A DNA stretch of 64,000 nucleotides, taken from contig NW_024704742.1 in the NCBI RefSeq assembly GCF_018977255.1, forward strand, positions 97,838,001 through 97,902,000, given 5' to 3'. Each line of letters begins with the position of its first letter. Position 1 is the first letter of the stretch. Below, piece by piece: positions 28,461-41,404 of the stretch. The stretch comes from Callorhinchus milii. Its lineage: Eukaryota. The notes beneath the pieces are model-generated. The model ran no database searches and was not told the DNA's origin. It was given only the letters and a program-made list of their open reading frames with translations. The position numbers and the translations under genes are program-made.

Positions 28461-28734
28461 TCACTTAATTGTTCTGTCCATGCAATGATTTTTTTTCCCC
28501 CCAAAGGATGACAAAGGGCACTGTTATGTCAAGATGAAAAGCCTGCATGTCGAACTGTAGGGAAACACCATTAAAATTCACACCGCAGCAATTTTCATGT
28601 CAAGGTCAACAACTTGCCTATCTCAAACCAATTCAAAAATCAAACCTTCAGACAAAATGTTCTTAGAAGGGAAGTGATTGCAAAGGAAAACAAGTTATCT
28701 TATCAGGGTATGAATACCGCAAACATTTGTCAGA

Positions 28735-29170
28735 CAGGCTCAGTTGGTAGGAAGCTCACTTCTGTCAGAAAGTTGTGGATTCAAGCCTAACACAGTACTT
28801 GTACACACATAATCTAACTTGATAATTCAATGCAGCGCTAGGCATGCGTTGTATTGTTGGAGGTATCATCCTTTGGATGAGACATTAAAGCCATCTGTCT
28901 GTTCAAGGGGATGTCAAAGATCCTGTGGCACTTCTCAAAACAGAAGGGAGTTTGCGGAATTCTTCTGACTAACAATCCCCCAAATTACATTTTAAAAGTG
29001 ATCATTCATTTCATGGCTATTTGTGCCACTCTTCTGTGCAAATGCACTATCGGGTTTGCGCACAAATACATAATCACTACACTTCACAGTAAATCCTACG
29101 AAGCACTTTGAGACTTCTTCCCGACATGAAAGGCTAGATACCGATTGGATTATCCAAGGATTATTATTGT
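28735..29170 (+). mobile_element. Older DeuSINE (SacSINE1/AmnSINE1-like). Further copies at about 37270-37670, 37985-38260, 47060-47425(-), 48000-48450, 54250-54600(-) and 55995-56400
   Basis: GGATGAGACATTAAA...TCTGTCTGTTCAAGGGGATGTCAAAGATCCTGTGGCAC segment followed by the Deu core and an L2-like tail. Family name from remembered consensus. Confidence 0.6.
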
Positions 29171-29320
29171 TATCCTTCCCAGCTGTATTTTTAAAACTTG
29201 TGATAATAGCTGAGATTGCTAAATATAGAATTAAAAAGCCTGAACTAGGATCAAACTTGAGACCTTCCTGATTGGTTTGTATTACACAACTACCATACAA
29301 GGCAATGAGTGTATTTATGT

Positions 29321-29642
29321 GGAGTCCTGTAGCTCAGTGGTTAGAGCACTCGCTTTGCAAGTGAGAGACCTGAGTTCAATTCCAGGCAGAGCGAAACCTT
29401 GGGCAAGTTTCCTTACTCCACACGCCTAATAATAATCCCTTCAAAAACCAAAAACAATAATTAATTGGTCATTTTCAATCTACGACTGTTTGTGGGACAT
29501 TGCTGTGCGCAATTGGCTGCCGCGTTCGCCCACAAATATACAGTCAATTCACTTTGCAGTATGTTCTGTGAAGCGCTTTGGGACGTCTTCCCGACGTGAA
29601 AAGCGCTATATCAAATGCAAGGATTATTATTATTATTATTAT
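29321..29642 (+). mobile_element. Full-length SINE (short form)
   Basis: Head GGAGTCCTGTAGCTCAGTGGTTAGAGCACTCGCTTTGCAAGTGAG, internal deletion relative to the long form, (TTA)n tail. Confidence 0.9.
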
Positions 29643-30635
29643 CCACTGGGCCATCAGGAGAAAGCACATTTCTACCCTTCTGTGTGAGTTAATAGAGTAA
29701 GATGGGGTAGATGTGGGTATACTGCAATCGGTCTCACTGTCCCTTGGTTGGGGAGAAAAGATGTTAGAACAGAATCCTCCTGAAACACACAATAGTCATG
29801 GTGTCTTCTTCAGAAATCGCTCTCCAGCCATCGCTGTTCAAATTGGCACGTGGCTGGAATCATACTGGGTTGTTATGGTCCACACAATCCAATAACCTAC
29901 CAACAATCATTGTCCTCGTGAAGAACAACCCCTTTGCCAAACATTGTTAGACTGTTGGCATCAGCAGAAGCATATCTTCAGAGTAACGGTCATCAACTTT
30001 AAAAAGGAAACATTCTTACAAAGGTGGATCTGATGACTAGTCTACTACTGCAGTTATATTACCACCCCTAATTGGAGGACATTTTTATTTTATTGAATTA
30101 TTTGTACTGCAGACCTATTACAGTACAAATAAATAATAATCCTTTCATTTGATATGGCAACTAATCACATTGTTGAAGTGCCTCAAAGCACTTCACAAGC
30201 TTCTACCTTGAAGTGCAGTGACTGTGTATTTGTAGCCGAACACGACAGCCGATTTCCGCACAGCAATGTCCCAAAGCAACCGGTGAATGATCAATCTTAT
30301 CTGGTGGATTGTCGGCCAGGACGCCATGAGAAATCTCTTTTCAAATAGTGCCAAGGAATCTTTGTAACATTCACTTGAACAGGCAGACAGAGCTTTGGTG
30401 TAATGTCTCATCCGAAGGAGAAAAAGTTTGCATTTTCTTGTGCAAAACACAAGTTTACCCCAACCTCGTGCAGGTGTAAGCCATACATGCCAGAAGATTG
30501 AGGGCTTAGTTCATAGTCTGCTGAGCCAGCTGAGCTCAGCAATAGTGGCAATATAAATGGCCTCAACACTACCTTAGGATTGATAGCCTGAGTTCCCTGC
30601 TCCCACTCAGTAGGCCCATTGGAAAGGGCACGGTG

Positions 30636-31020
30636 ATAATTATAATACTTGCATTTGATATAGTGCCTTATCACATCGACATATCTTAAAGCAGTTCACA
30701 GAATACACTGTAAAGTGTAATGGCTGTGTTTTGTGGGCGACGCATGGCAGCACAATTGCACACAGCAGTGTCCCACAAACAGTGGTGGAGTAAGTGTCCA
30801 CTTTTTTTTAATATATAATTTTTGTTGAAGGGATTATTATCCCTGGAAAGCAATCTGCCAATCGACTAACACCTGGGTTCCTACTTACTGTTAGGTAAAC
30901 AGAAGCGTGTTGTGTGAAATAAGGAAACTTGCCTAAGATTTCGCCCTACCTGCCCAGGAATCGAACCCGGGTCCTCTTGCTTGTGAGGTGAATGGGATAA
31001 ACACTATGCTACAAGACTCC
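30636..31020 (-). mobile_element. Full-length SINE (long form)
   Basis: Head, core and tail are all recognisable on the minus strand. Confidence 0.85.
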
Positions 31021-31929
31021 ACTATGGATGGAGGGAGTGCTGCAGGCAGGTGGGTGACAGATTGGGAGTCAGGAGAACAGGACAGGCTTGTGATGTTTAC
31101 ATTGATAAACCAGTCCTGGCTGCCTCGGTTTACACATGAAGAATGTTTACTTCAGTGAGATATAGGATTGAAGATCTGCCAATGCTTACAGAACATTACA
31201 CCAGCAATAGTCACCCTCTTAGTGAGATGAGGAGAGAAAAATCGGCAACAAAAATAAGGCACTTCCACTTTCCAAACTGACAAGAGGCAAGATGGAAGAA
31301 AAGGTTATAGATTTTTTTTAATGAAAAGTGTAAGGGGCAAAACATTTTTTATTTTTTTAAAAATACAATGAAAGATTGAAGGTGAGTAAGAGACATGGGC
31401 AAAACATTTTTCATCATGTCTATGGAGAGGAAGATTGTATTGAATCCTTATCTGTGCTAAGTTAGCTGTTCTCAAACAGGGCAGTATTCATGGAACTACA
31501 GTTGGCCTCGGCACTCCTGGGTTAAGGAATTGGTGTGGGTGGGAGAAATAAAATCAGGCTTTGTCAGATTCCTGATCTCTAAACAATAGATCCTTGCTAA
31601 AGGTGTCTGAGTGATGACAGGAACCTGCTCAGCTGTAATGCTCTCCATGCCCACTAAAACTTACTGACAAACCTCACACACAAGTAGCAAGTTATGGAAA
31701 GGTGCCTTGCACATGTGGAATCATATCCCTATAGGAGAAAGAATGGGACAAAATTGGTGTGTGTGGAGGGAGACAGAAAGTAGCAATGATTTTCTTAATG
31801 TAGCTTTATAATTGTGGCCATAATGAGCTGCAGATATCTGTCAATTTATGGGTTAAATACACAAGGCAAAACATCAAATTCAACATGTATAAAAATAATG
31901 GACCCGAGGCAGAGAACAGAAGTGATCTT

Positions 31930-32231
31930 CATAATAATAACATTTGATATAGCACTTTTCACATCTTCTAGACGTCTCAAAGCGCTTCACTGAATATACC
32001 GTAAAATGAATTGACTGTATATTTGTGGGCAAAACGCAGCAGCCAATTGCGCACAGAGTGTCCCACAAACAGTCGTGGATTGAAGTGACCAATTTATTAT
32101 TGTTTTTTCTTGAGGGATTATTATCAGGCGTGTGGAGTAAGGAAGCTTACCCAAGGTTTCGCCCTGCCAGGAATCGAACCCAGGTCTTTCGCTTGCAAGA
32201 CAAGTGCTCTAACCACTGAGCTACAGGACTC
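31930..32231 (-). mobile_element. Full-length SINE (short form)
   Basis: Same internal deletion as the 29321 copy. Confidence 0.88.
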
Positions 32232-32727
32232 TGATGACTTAAGTATGAGAAGGAAGAAAGGTTTATCGATAATAAATAAGACCAATGTACAATATTTAGT
32301 GGAGGATCGATTGATTGATTAGGTTCATGGTCAAACTTGTGACACAATTAATCTTTCTCTCTCTCCCCCCCTCGTCCACATTACAAACCGAGTTGAAAAC
32401 TAGGTTTTGCATCGATTTCCAAAAAAAAAATGTTAACAGCAATTTTAGGGTGAAAAATATAAATTACATTTAAAGGATCGACCTCGAAGAGTGAGAGCAG
32501 GGGAAAGTGGTGAGCCCCAGACAGGAGGGCGCTTTACTGAGTGCTAATAATAATAAACATTATTAATAATGATATCATAGCTATCATAGTCCACTCTCTC
32601 TCATTGCCAAACAGAGAGGGAAGCACATTCGTGAACGTTTAAACAGAGAGGAATAGATCTTATCCTCTTGATGTCCCAGCTCTGACTCTAACTGAGAGCA
32701 GCTCCTGGAATACCAGTCGGTGAGCAT

Positions 32728-33316
32728 CCACACACACACACACACACACACAGACACACACACACAGAGAGACATCCCCACACACATAGACACACACACA
32801 CACACAGAGAGACATCCCCACACACATAGACACACACACACACACAGACACACACACACACACAGAGACATCCCCACACACACAGAGACATCCCCACACA
32901 CATAGACACACACACGCAGACACACACACAGAGAGACATCCCCACACACATAGACACACACACGCAGACACACACACAGAGAGACATCCCCACACACACA
33001 CAGACACACACACACACACACACACAGAGACATCCCCACACACATAGACACACAGACACAAACACACAGAGACATCCCCACACACACAGAGACATCCCCA
33101 CACACACACACAGACACACACACACAGAGACATCCCCACACACACACAGACACACACACACAGAGACATCCCCACACACACACACACAGAGACATCCCCA
33201 CACACAGAGACATCCCCACACACATAGACACACACACACACACAGACATCCCCACACACAGAGACATCCCCACACACAGAGACACACACACACACACATA
33301 GACACACACACACACA
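32728..33316. repeat. Compound minisatellite: GAGACATCCCC units separated by (CA)n
   Basis: More than a dozen GACATCCCCACAC units with variable (CA)n, CATAGA and CAGA spacers. Confidence 0.95.
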
Positions 33317-33555
33317 CCGCGATCTGTGATCTGTCCATCAGACAGACCGGTAACTCAGTCAGTGCATCTCCCACACCCCCTCCATCGCCTCTCTCCGGTT
33401 TGATGCAGAACCTTGTCCGGACCCTGAGCAACACTTACAGGGCTGCTCCGAGAGGGGGGGGGGGGGGGGAGCACACCTGCCCCGCACCAAACTTGCCTCT
33501 CCACCTGAAAGCATTTGCGGCTGCACTGCTACAACCTCCCAAACTCCCTGCACCC

Positions 33556-33586
<31 letters not shown>

Positions 33587-33984
33587 AGTGAACCGCAAAG
33601 ACTTCATTGCAATAAAGACGTTTTGTTGGGACGATTCGCGTGTGGTACTTCCATTTGGAAATAACCCTTTTATATATATATATATAAATAAATAAATAAA
33701 TCAATAAAAACACACACACACACACGTAAATACTCGAGAGCTGAGTGTAGAGACACGTCTCTGACTGTTCACAAAACCGAACGATTGCAATTAAAAAAAA
33801 GGGGAGGGGGGGGGGGGGGAGAAAAGACTGTCACAGCAGAAGGGGGGGGGGGGGGTTGGGGGGCAGTTGTTAGCCACAACTTCAAATAGATTAGCAGTGA
33901 ATGTGCAGAACAGAACTGTCTTAAATCTACTGAGAGGAGGAGGAGGAAGGAGGAGAGTGAGAGAGACACAGAGAGAAATAAATG

Positions 33985-34371
33985 TCCCCACACACACACA
34001 CCACACACACACACACACCACACACACACACCCACACACACACACCACACACACACCCCACACCACACACACACCCCCCCCACACACACACCCCCCCCAC
34101 CACACCCCCACACACCACACCCCCACACACACCCACACACACCCCCCCACACACACCCCCCCACACACACCCCCACACACACACCCACACACCACACACC
34201 CACACACCCACCCCACACACACACACCCACACACCACACACACACCCACACACACACCCCACACCCCCCCCACACACACACCCACACCCCCCCCACACAC
34301 ACACCCACACCCCCCCCACACACACACCCACACACACCCCCCCCCCCCCCCACACACCCACACACCCACAC
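33985..34371. repeat. C/A-only low-complexity tract
   Basis: About 385 bp made almost entirely of C and A on plus (G and T on the PCSK5 sense strand). Confidence 0.95.
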
Positions 34372-34500
34372 GTTAACCTGTGTCCAGACTGAGAGGCACT
34401 GCACACAGCACAGCACAGGACAGATGTCGTCGAGCGCTGAGCCCGAGCTGTCGGGATAGTGGGAATGCGCAGAAAAGGAATGGCATCGCGCATCGCTCAC

Positions 34501-34686
34501 CTGTCCCAAGTTGTTATATCCGTATTTAGAGGCTATCGTGTCGGCTTCCTCCACTCCTCCGTTTATCCGCACAGCCCAGTGATTCGTGTAGGTCAGGGTC
34601 CTGGAGAAGGGGAGCAAAACCCCCACAAACACCGCCAGGGAGAAGAAGACCCGATCCCGGCTCCTCCAGGTCACTGTTCCACCCAT
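34501..34686 (-). CDS. PCSK5: Proprotein convertase subtilisin/kexin type 5, coding exon 1 (signal peptide and start of prodomain)
   Basis: 62 codons: MGGTVTWRSRDRVFFSLAVFVGVLLPFSRTLTYTNHWAVRINGGVEEADTIASKYGYNNLGQ. Hydrophobic signal peptide followed by the convertase prodomain motif YTNHWAVRI..G..EA..IASKYG..N.GQ. Strong Kozak context (aacATGg). Ends at donor CAG|GTGAG, phase 0. Confidence 0.96.
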
Positions 34687-35400
34687 GTTGGGGTTTTTTT
34701 ATTTTTTTTTTTAAAAAAATAATAAAAAGTCCAGATTTCCCACCTTTTTTTTTTTGTCCCGTCCTCACCCCCCACCACCACCACCACCACCACCACCCAC
34801 CCCAAAAAAAAAGAAGCACAACACACAGAGACACAGACACAGACACACACACACACACACACAAATAAATGCACTTTCCTGGACAATTTCAGTCAGGGAA
34901 ACTAAAGCTGGTCTCTCCTCCCTGTTTGAACAAACTCCGCAACAAGCACGACCTCTGCTTCTCGTGAAGCTTTCCGTGGTGGGTGGGTGGGTGAGGTAGG
35001 TTTTGGATGATAAACCAGGTGGGGAAGGGAAAGAGGGAAGGAGAGAGGGAGAGAGAGAGAGAGAGAAGGTGGTGGTGGTGGTGGAGCACCAGACAGTGCC
35101 TGGACCTTGGATGTGCTCTGCAGACCTGAGCAGGAGAGCTGTTGTCCTCCACTGCTGTGGCCACTCTGAGTCTGTCCTGTGTCCCCCCCACCCTGCCCTG
35201 CCCTGTCTGTGGTAGGCAGCACAGCAGATATGTGCACTGTTTGCAGCTCACTGGCTGCAATGTTAGTGGCTCAGATCATCTGTGCTTTAAGATGGCTACA
35301 GCGCCTCCTCCAACTCCACCGGTAACTCACTTAACCCCCCGCCAGGCAGATTCTGGCTGGAAGACTTCTCCTCGGTCCTAGTGCACCATATATTCTGGAG
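34687..35400 (-). promoter_or_regulatory. Probable PCSK5 5'UTR and proximal promoter
   Basis: Sequence immediately upstream of the ATG, free of interspersed repeats, more GC-rich than the background, with CA, CCA and GA tracts. The TSS cannot be placed from sequence alone. Confidence 0.5.
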
Positions 35401-35470
35401 AGAGATAGCGAGAAGGGGGGGGGGGGGGAGAAGGGTATCTGGAAGGGAAGGATGGAAATCCCACCAATTT

Positions 35471-35826
35471 GGAGTCCTGTAGCATATTGGTTAGTTAGAG
35501 CACTCGCCTCGCAAGCGAGGGGACCCGGGTTTAATTCCCGGCCGAGACGAAACGTTAGGCAAGTTTCCTTACGCCTCACTGTTTGTTTAACAGTGAGTAG
35601 GAACACGGCTGTTAATCGATCGGCGGATCGCTTTTCCGGGGGTAATAATCACTTAAAAAATAAATAAAATAATAATAATAATTTGGTCACTCAATCCACT
35701 GTTTGTGGGACGCTGCTGTGCGCAATTGGCTGCCGCGTTTCACCCACAAAATATACAGTCAATTCACTTTAAAGTATATTCTGTGAAGCGCTTTGAGACA
35801 ACTCAAAGACATGATAAGGTGCTATA
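35471..35826 (+). mobile_element. Full-length SINE (long form), about 0.8 kb upstream of the PCSK5 ATG
   Basis: CpG-rich young copy with head, core and tail. Confidence 0.9.
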
Positions 35827-36959
35827 CCTCTTCTATACACTCTCCCCCCACCCACAACCATAAAGTCTTTTACAACACGTTCATTTTACAAACATACTGG
35901 GTGAATAACACCACAACCTCCCATCCCTAATTCGCACATACACATGCGTACACAAAATAAGAAAGCAATTCTAAGCCATCACCAAGAATGCCATTTCATT
36001 TTATGGAAATCTAACTGTTAAATCTTCTGTAACTTTTTTTATATCGCTTATAAGGTTGAAAATGAATGCAGTGTCAGTCAGAGTAAGCACAGTATTAGAA
36101 TTTGGTAGTTTGAATTACAATCACCTGAATTCCACTTTAAAAGTCAGGGAAACAGAACACAGGACAATTATCTGCCAAAATAGGGCTTGATTCCTATCTT
36201 CAGATCTGATACGTACAAAAAAAATGAGATTTGTTTTTACATTGCTGAAAGATCTGAGAGATCAATAAAGAAGTGGAATCTACAAAAAAAAAGGAAATCA
36301 GAGATGACAAATCATCTTTGTTAAGCACAGATTAAAATGTTGGTTTTATTGACGATGTTCAGAAAGATCATCGAGGACCAGATTTTGGCTGAGTACAGAG
36401 TCATTGCACCATATCCAGGAAATGAGGCCCAGGTCCAAACAAATCTGTAGCCAAAATATTCCCAGCCAGAGGGAATTTAAGAGATAATTATAGACCAAGA
36501 TGAGAAAATACTGCTTGGAACAAAATGGTTTCTTAACTGCTGGGGGGAAGGAGGAATGCTGTCTAGGGGGAGTAGGAGCCAAAGCTGAGTTATTGGAGGT
36601 GTGAAGGGTGGGTGAATCTTACAGAGTTTGTTTTTTGGAAGCTTTGGGAATGGGATTGTCTGTGTGGTATTTCCCGATGTAAAGTACGTTTTGCATAGTC
36701 CCTGTTCTTTGCTTTTAATGCTCTTAAAGATTCTGCTTAAACATAAGGCCACTGACAATAACCAAAACACATGAATAATTGATGTATAATAATATACTAG
36801 CAAAAAAGCCAAAGGCAACTGGTGATTATTATAAAACAATTTTTTCCTCCATTTTCTGCCTTCACTCCTGAAGACGTTGACTTGTGTAATACAGTTCCGC
36901 ATGTGTGGCCATCCTGCTGATATCTCACCCAAGTAACCATTCTTCATGTAAGCCTCGAT

Positions 36960-37266
36960 AATAATAATATAATAATAATCCTTGCATTTGATATATTGCC
37001 ATACACGTCTTTGAGACGTCTCAAAGTGCTCCACAGAATATATTGTAAAGTGAATTGACTGTCTATTTTGTGGGCGAAACACAACAGCCAATTGCGCACA
37101 GCAGTGTCCCATACACAGTCGTGGATTAAATGACCAATTTATTATTATTTTTTTTGAAGGAATTATTACACCCGGAGATATCTCAAAGCGCTTCACAGAA
37201 TATATTGTAAAGTGAATTGACTGCATATTTTATGGTTGCAACATGACAGCCAATTGTACACAGCAG
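36960..37266 (-). mobile_element. SINE 3' half plus a tandem partial second copy
   Basis: TCTCAAAG.GCT.CACAGAATATATTGTAAAGTGAATTGACTG occurs at about 37019 and about 37181. Confidence 0.8.
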
Positions 37267-39127
37267 AAGGTCTAACTGATAATTCAGTGCAGTCTTGGGA
37301 ATGTGCTGCACTGTTAGACAACAACAACAACAACAAGATTCCATTTATAAAGCGCCTTTCACGTCAGGAGGACGTCCCAAGACGTGCTGTCCTTCAAATG
37401 AAACATTAAACTGAGCTTCCATCTGCCTTTTCAGGTGCACATTAAAGATCCCATGGCACAATTCGAAATGAGAAGAAATTTTTCCCGGTGTCCTAGCCAA
37501 CAAATTAAATTTGTCATTCAATTCTGGCTGTTTCTTGGGCATTGCTTTGCACAAATTGGCTGCTGTGTTTGCCTAAAAATATAATCAGTATACATTAAAG
37601 TGATGTGCTTTGAGATGTCTCAATGATGTAGTCAGGCGCTGTATCAATTTCAAGGATTATTATTACTATAATGAGTGTCTGCAATTCTTTGGCCACTTAG
37701 TCATCAAAACTGAGTGTATCGAGTCCCCTCCTGATGTTTACATGTGCACACTTTCCAGCTGAGGTCAGTGGACAACAATCAGGACGGGCCCTGATTAATT
37801 TATTTGGATTTCTAGCCCAAAGCTCTGAGATCAATTGTAGCATCTCAACTGTCACCTTGAGAGAGATCAGTAAATTCAGTATAAACCAGCTATTGAATGT
37901 GGAACCTTTCTCGTCTGGAAGAGCTCAGTATCACACTGTGCGGTGTAATTGCCCACTGAGCCATACACGCAAGCTTATAAATGAGCAGACCGTTAAACTG
38001 AGGTCCCATCTGCACAATCAGGTGGATGTTAAATATCCCCATGCCACTCGTCTAAAAGAGAAGAGAGTTTCTCCTGGGGCCTTAGCTAACAATCCTACAG
38101 GTAAATTTATCATTCACTTCATGGCTCGGTGTTGGATCTTCATGTGTGCGTAATGGCTGTTGCATTAACTACAGTCACGTCATTTTGCCACAATTATCTG
38201 TTAAGCCCTTTGAAACATCACAAAATTATAGGTACTACATCAAATGCAAAGATCATTATTATTAAGAAATAGCATTTCATTGTAAGGTAATATTGTGCCT
38301 GTGTAATGAACGGGCTCTTGATTTTATATGGAGATATAACATGTTGCTCCGATAAGGGGCTGGCACTGCTGTGAAATACAGCTGAAATCCTGGATATGAC
38401 TATTGTAATTGTCCAAACTCTGTTGCTTGATATAATAATAATAATCCTTGCGTTTGATATAATGTCTTATCATGACATTGAGAGGTCTCAAAGCGCTTCG
38501 CAGAATATACTGTAAACTGAATTGACTAGCCAAAATGCAGCTGATTGCACACAGCAGTGTTTAAGATTTCGCCCTGCCTTGATGATCAGTAGCATCAGTT
38601 TAATCTTCTTGTGAACCAGATATGAAACAGAAAAAAAGAAAGAAATCAACCAAACAAAGAAATCAATAGAATGTGCTGCTCAGTTTGCAGATCATCCAGT
38701 AGCAGCACCACTTTATGGGAATCTTTAGCTGAAAACGCATTTGACTGTCAGTGAAATAAAATGATGCCCCATAACAATATGAGACTTTAGCCAGCATGGA
38801 ACAGTAAGTATTCCCAAAACTGACATCTTAAAGATATTTAAGATACTTAATCATACTCCATATGTGCGGTATGAATACAAAATACATTGGGGCAAAGAAA
38901 CCAGTCATGTCACGGCCAGTGTACTTCGCTCAAGCTTGCTGTCCTTGCGTATTGGGCAGCCAAGCTCCAGGCGACAACAACAAAATTACATTTAATACAA
39001 TGTAATTGTATTAATGGTTTCTATTGTTCTGTATTGGCCAGTTGACAGTAAAACCATAGTGTTTCTACTGCAATTCAGAGACTGTTTTCAACTGGTTTCA
39101 GGGTCACTGCAGCATAACCAAGATATT

Positions 39128-39850
39128 CATAGAATCATAGAATTATACAGCACAAAGGAGGTCATTCGGCCCATCGTGTCTGTGCCTGCTCTTTGAAAAG
39201 AGTTATGCAAATCAATCCCACTCCCCCATTCTCTCCCCATAGCCCTGCAAACTTGTCCTCCCCAAATAATTATCTACTTCTTTCTCTTAAAAGTTGTTAT
39301 CGAAATGGCTTCCACCATCCTTTCAGGCAATGTATTCCAGATCCGAACAACTCGCTGTGTGAAAAAATTTCTCCTCACCTTCTCTCTGTTTCTTTCAACA
39401 ACTATCTTAAAATCAGTGTCCTTGGGTTACCGACACACCCACCAGTGGAAATAGTTTCTCCTTGTTCACTCTGTCCAATCCCCTCATCATGTTGAAAACT
39501 TCTATTAAGTCTCCTCTTAATTTTCTGTGCTCCAAGGAGAATAATCCTAGCTTCTCCTGATAACTGGAGTCCCTCAGTTCTGGTACCATCCTGGTAAATC
39601 TCCTTTACACCCTCTCCAATGACCTCGTATCCTTCCTAATGTGTGGTGCCCAGAACTGAACCCAGTCTTTTATAAAGATTCGTCATAACTTCCTGAGTTT
39701 TGTATTCTATGCCCCTATTTATAAAGCCTAGTATTCCGTATGCTTTTTTAACAGTTTTATCTACCTGTCGTGCCACCTTCAAAGATTTACTTTTATGAAC
39801 CCCCAGGTCTCTCTGTTCCTTCACCCCCTTTAAGATTCTACCATCTAGCT
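39128..39850 (-). mobile_element. CR1 LINE 3' fragment
   Basis: EQRDLGVH...KAYGILGFINRGIEYKTQEVM.NLYK, with an (ATTCTATG)n tail at 39128-39145. Confidence 0.92.
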
Positions 39851-41404
39851 TATTAGACTACAGTTTGCAGCCATCCTAATTGCTTACAAGGCTTGTTTTT
39901 TTTATTGCACAGATATGATGCATTCTCAGGATTTGAAAACCCATCAACAAATAGAAGATAGAAACCCAGCATTGAATATGCATGTTCTAAAATGTTTCGA
40001 AAAGCGTGCTGCTGGTGATTATAGCTAACATTGGGGTTTGTCACTATGAATGCTTCAATGTCAGGCAAAATAGCCAAGGTGATTATAGTTTTCACAAGGG
40101 ACAAAACAGCACTCCATTGATATACCCAGGATGGATTTTATGATTTCCCATGGGTCCTAGTCCACCTTGAGTTCACACATAACCAAAAATGGAGGATTTG
40201 CTATTAACCCTTAACAAACACAGGAGTGTATGTGTAGTTTAGTCTTATTGTAATACCTTTTATTTTACAGATACTCAAGGGTTTCCTGTGTGGCCCAAAG
40301 GACTTTTGACCTGAGAGCAATTCAGTGCACTTATCTTTGGTCTTTAAACCCTTTGTGGAACTATTCTTATGTGTGTTTATACACAGCAAATTATCACTTC
40401 ACATGAATGAGACATACATTACAAGGAGTAATGGGCAGAACAACACAGTGCCATGAGCACCACAGATCATATCCAACGGGAGAATCCTATTATTAGTTGT
40501 AAAATATATTCAAAATATAATCAAGGCAGCAGCCTGCAAGTGTGGAGCTCACTTAGAAGATCAAACACCATGTGCTGCTCTTTCTAAATATTCACTTAGG
40601 CACAATAAAGCATTAGCCAGGTCCTCTGATGGCTCAATTTGCCCACAATAGAACTGAGTAATTTGGAACAGGAATGTCCCAAGATCTCTAGTCTTTACTG
40701 AGCTGATTGATTTAAGTTGAGGGTATTACAACTGGTTTGAATGCGCCTGGGCTAAGGGGGTAGAAACAAAATTCCAGAGTTCTTGCACTTGATGACTATC
40801 ACTATAAGAGCTTTGGGACATCCTCCTGATGTGAAAGGAGCTGTATAGATGTACATTTGTATTGTAAATTATATTTGTATTGTATCGAGTGACCACCCCC
40901 CCCCCGTCCGTCCCTCCCTTCCCTGCTGAAAATGGAGTGTGCATGTGTCGCCCAGAAAATATACAGTCAATTCACTTTACAGTATATTCTGTGCAGCACT
41001 TTGAGACATCTCGAAGATATGATAAGGCGCTATATCAAATGCAAGGATTATTATCAGGCTAGTGTGCATGACAGCTGAAGTGTGCACAAATTGAGTTGTG
41101 AATGGTGCTATATAAATGTGATTTGTTGTTGTTGCTGTTGTTGTCATTGTTATTGTGATGCTCCGTTGCCACCCCCCCTGACTAGTTTCATACATGAAGA
41201 ATATAGTTAAGAGATGTGTATGGGCAGAATATGAGCATTTGGGAAACTCCTTTCCTATTGATCAACACCTATCTAATAGAAAGGCTATTTGGGTGACAAT
41301 GTGGATGAACTATTGTTTATCCAGTCCTTGGTAGGTCCTGTTCCTGCCCCAACTGCAGGTGCCTTTGCTGTGCCAAGAAGGAAGCCAATAGTTAGTCCAG
41401 TTCA

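Larger units (their letters stand above)
17259..34500 (-). other. PCSK5: PCSK5 intron 1 (GT-AG, about 17.2 kb)
   Basis: Bounded by the exon 1 donor (GTGAG at 34500) and the exon 2 acceptor (CAG ending at 17259). Confidence 0.92.

Noticed and set aside
29321..29392. tRNA-Ala(TGC) gene (also at 44707, with CGC variants at 18395 and 35471)
   Set aside because: D and anticodon arms are present, but there is no pairing 3' acceptor stem and the sequence runs directly into a SINE body.
30099..30133. 12-bp hairpin TTATTTGTACTG / CAGTACAAATAA
   Set aside because: AT-rich, single and short, with no supporting context.
32231..32270. Other CTGATGA words (32231, about 27052, 47676, 52263) as hammerhead cores
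   Set aside because: None has a stem II followed by a correctly placed GAAA and UH.
32728..33316. CRISPR-like repeat-spacer appearance
   Set aside because: The spacers are (CA)n rather than unique sequence, the context is a vertebrate intron, and there are no cas genes.
32584..33434. Long Cys/Val-rich ORFs of 217-248 aa
   Set aside because: Translations of the (TG)n minisatellite, open in all three minus frames.
33769..34500. Continuation of the 305-aa ORF beyond PCSK5 exon 1
   Set aside because: Read-through past the GTGAG donor into intronic low-complexity DNA. Homology stops at NLGQ.
36477..37226. 249-aa ORF
   Set aside because: It starts inside SINE fragments and has no recognisable domain. 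Probably a chance ORF.
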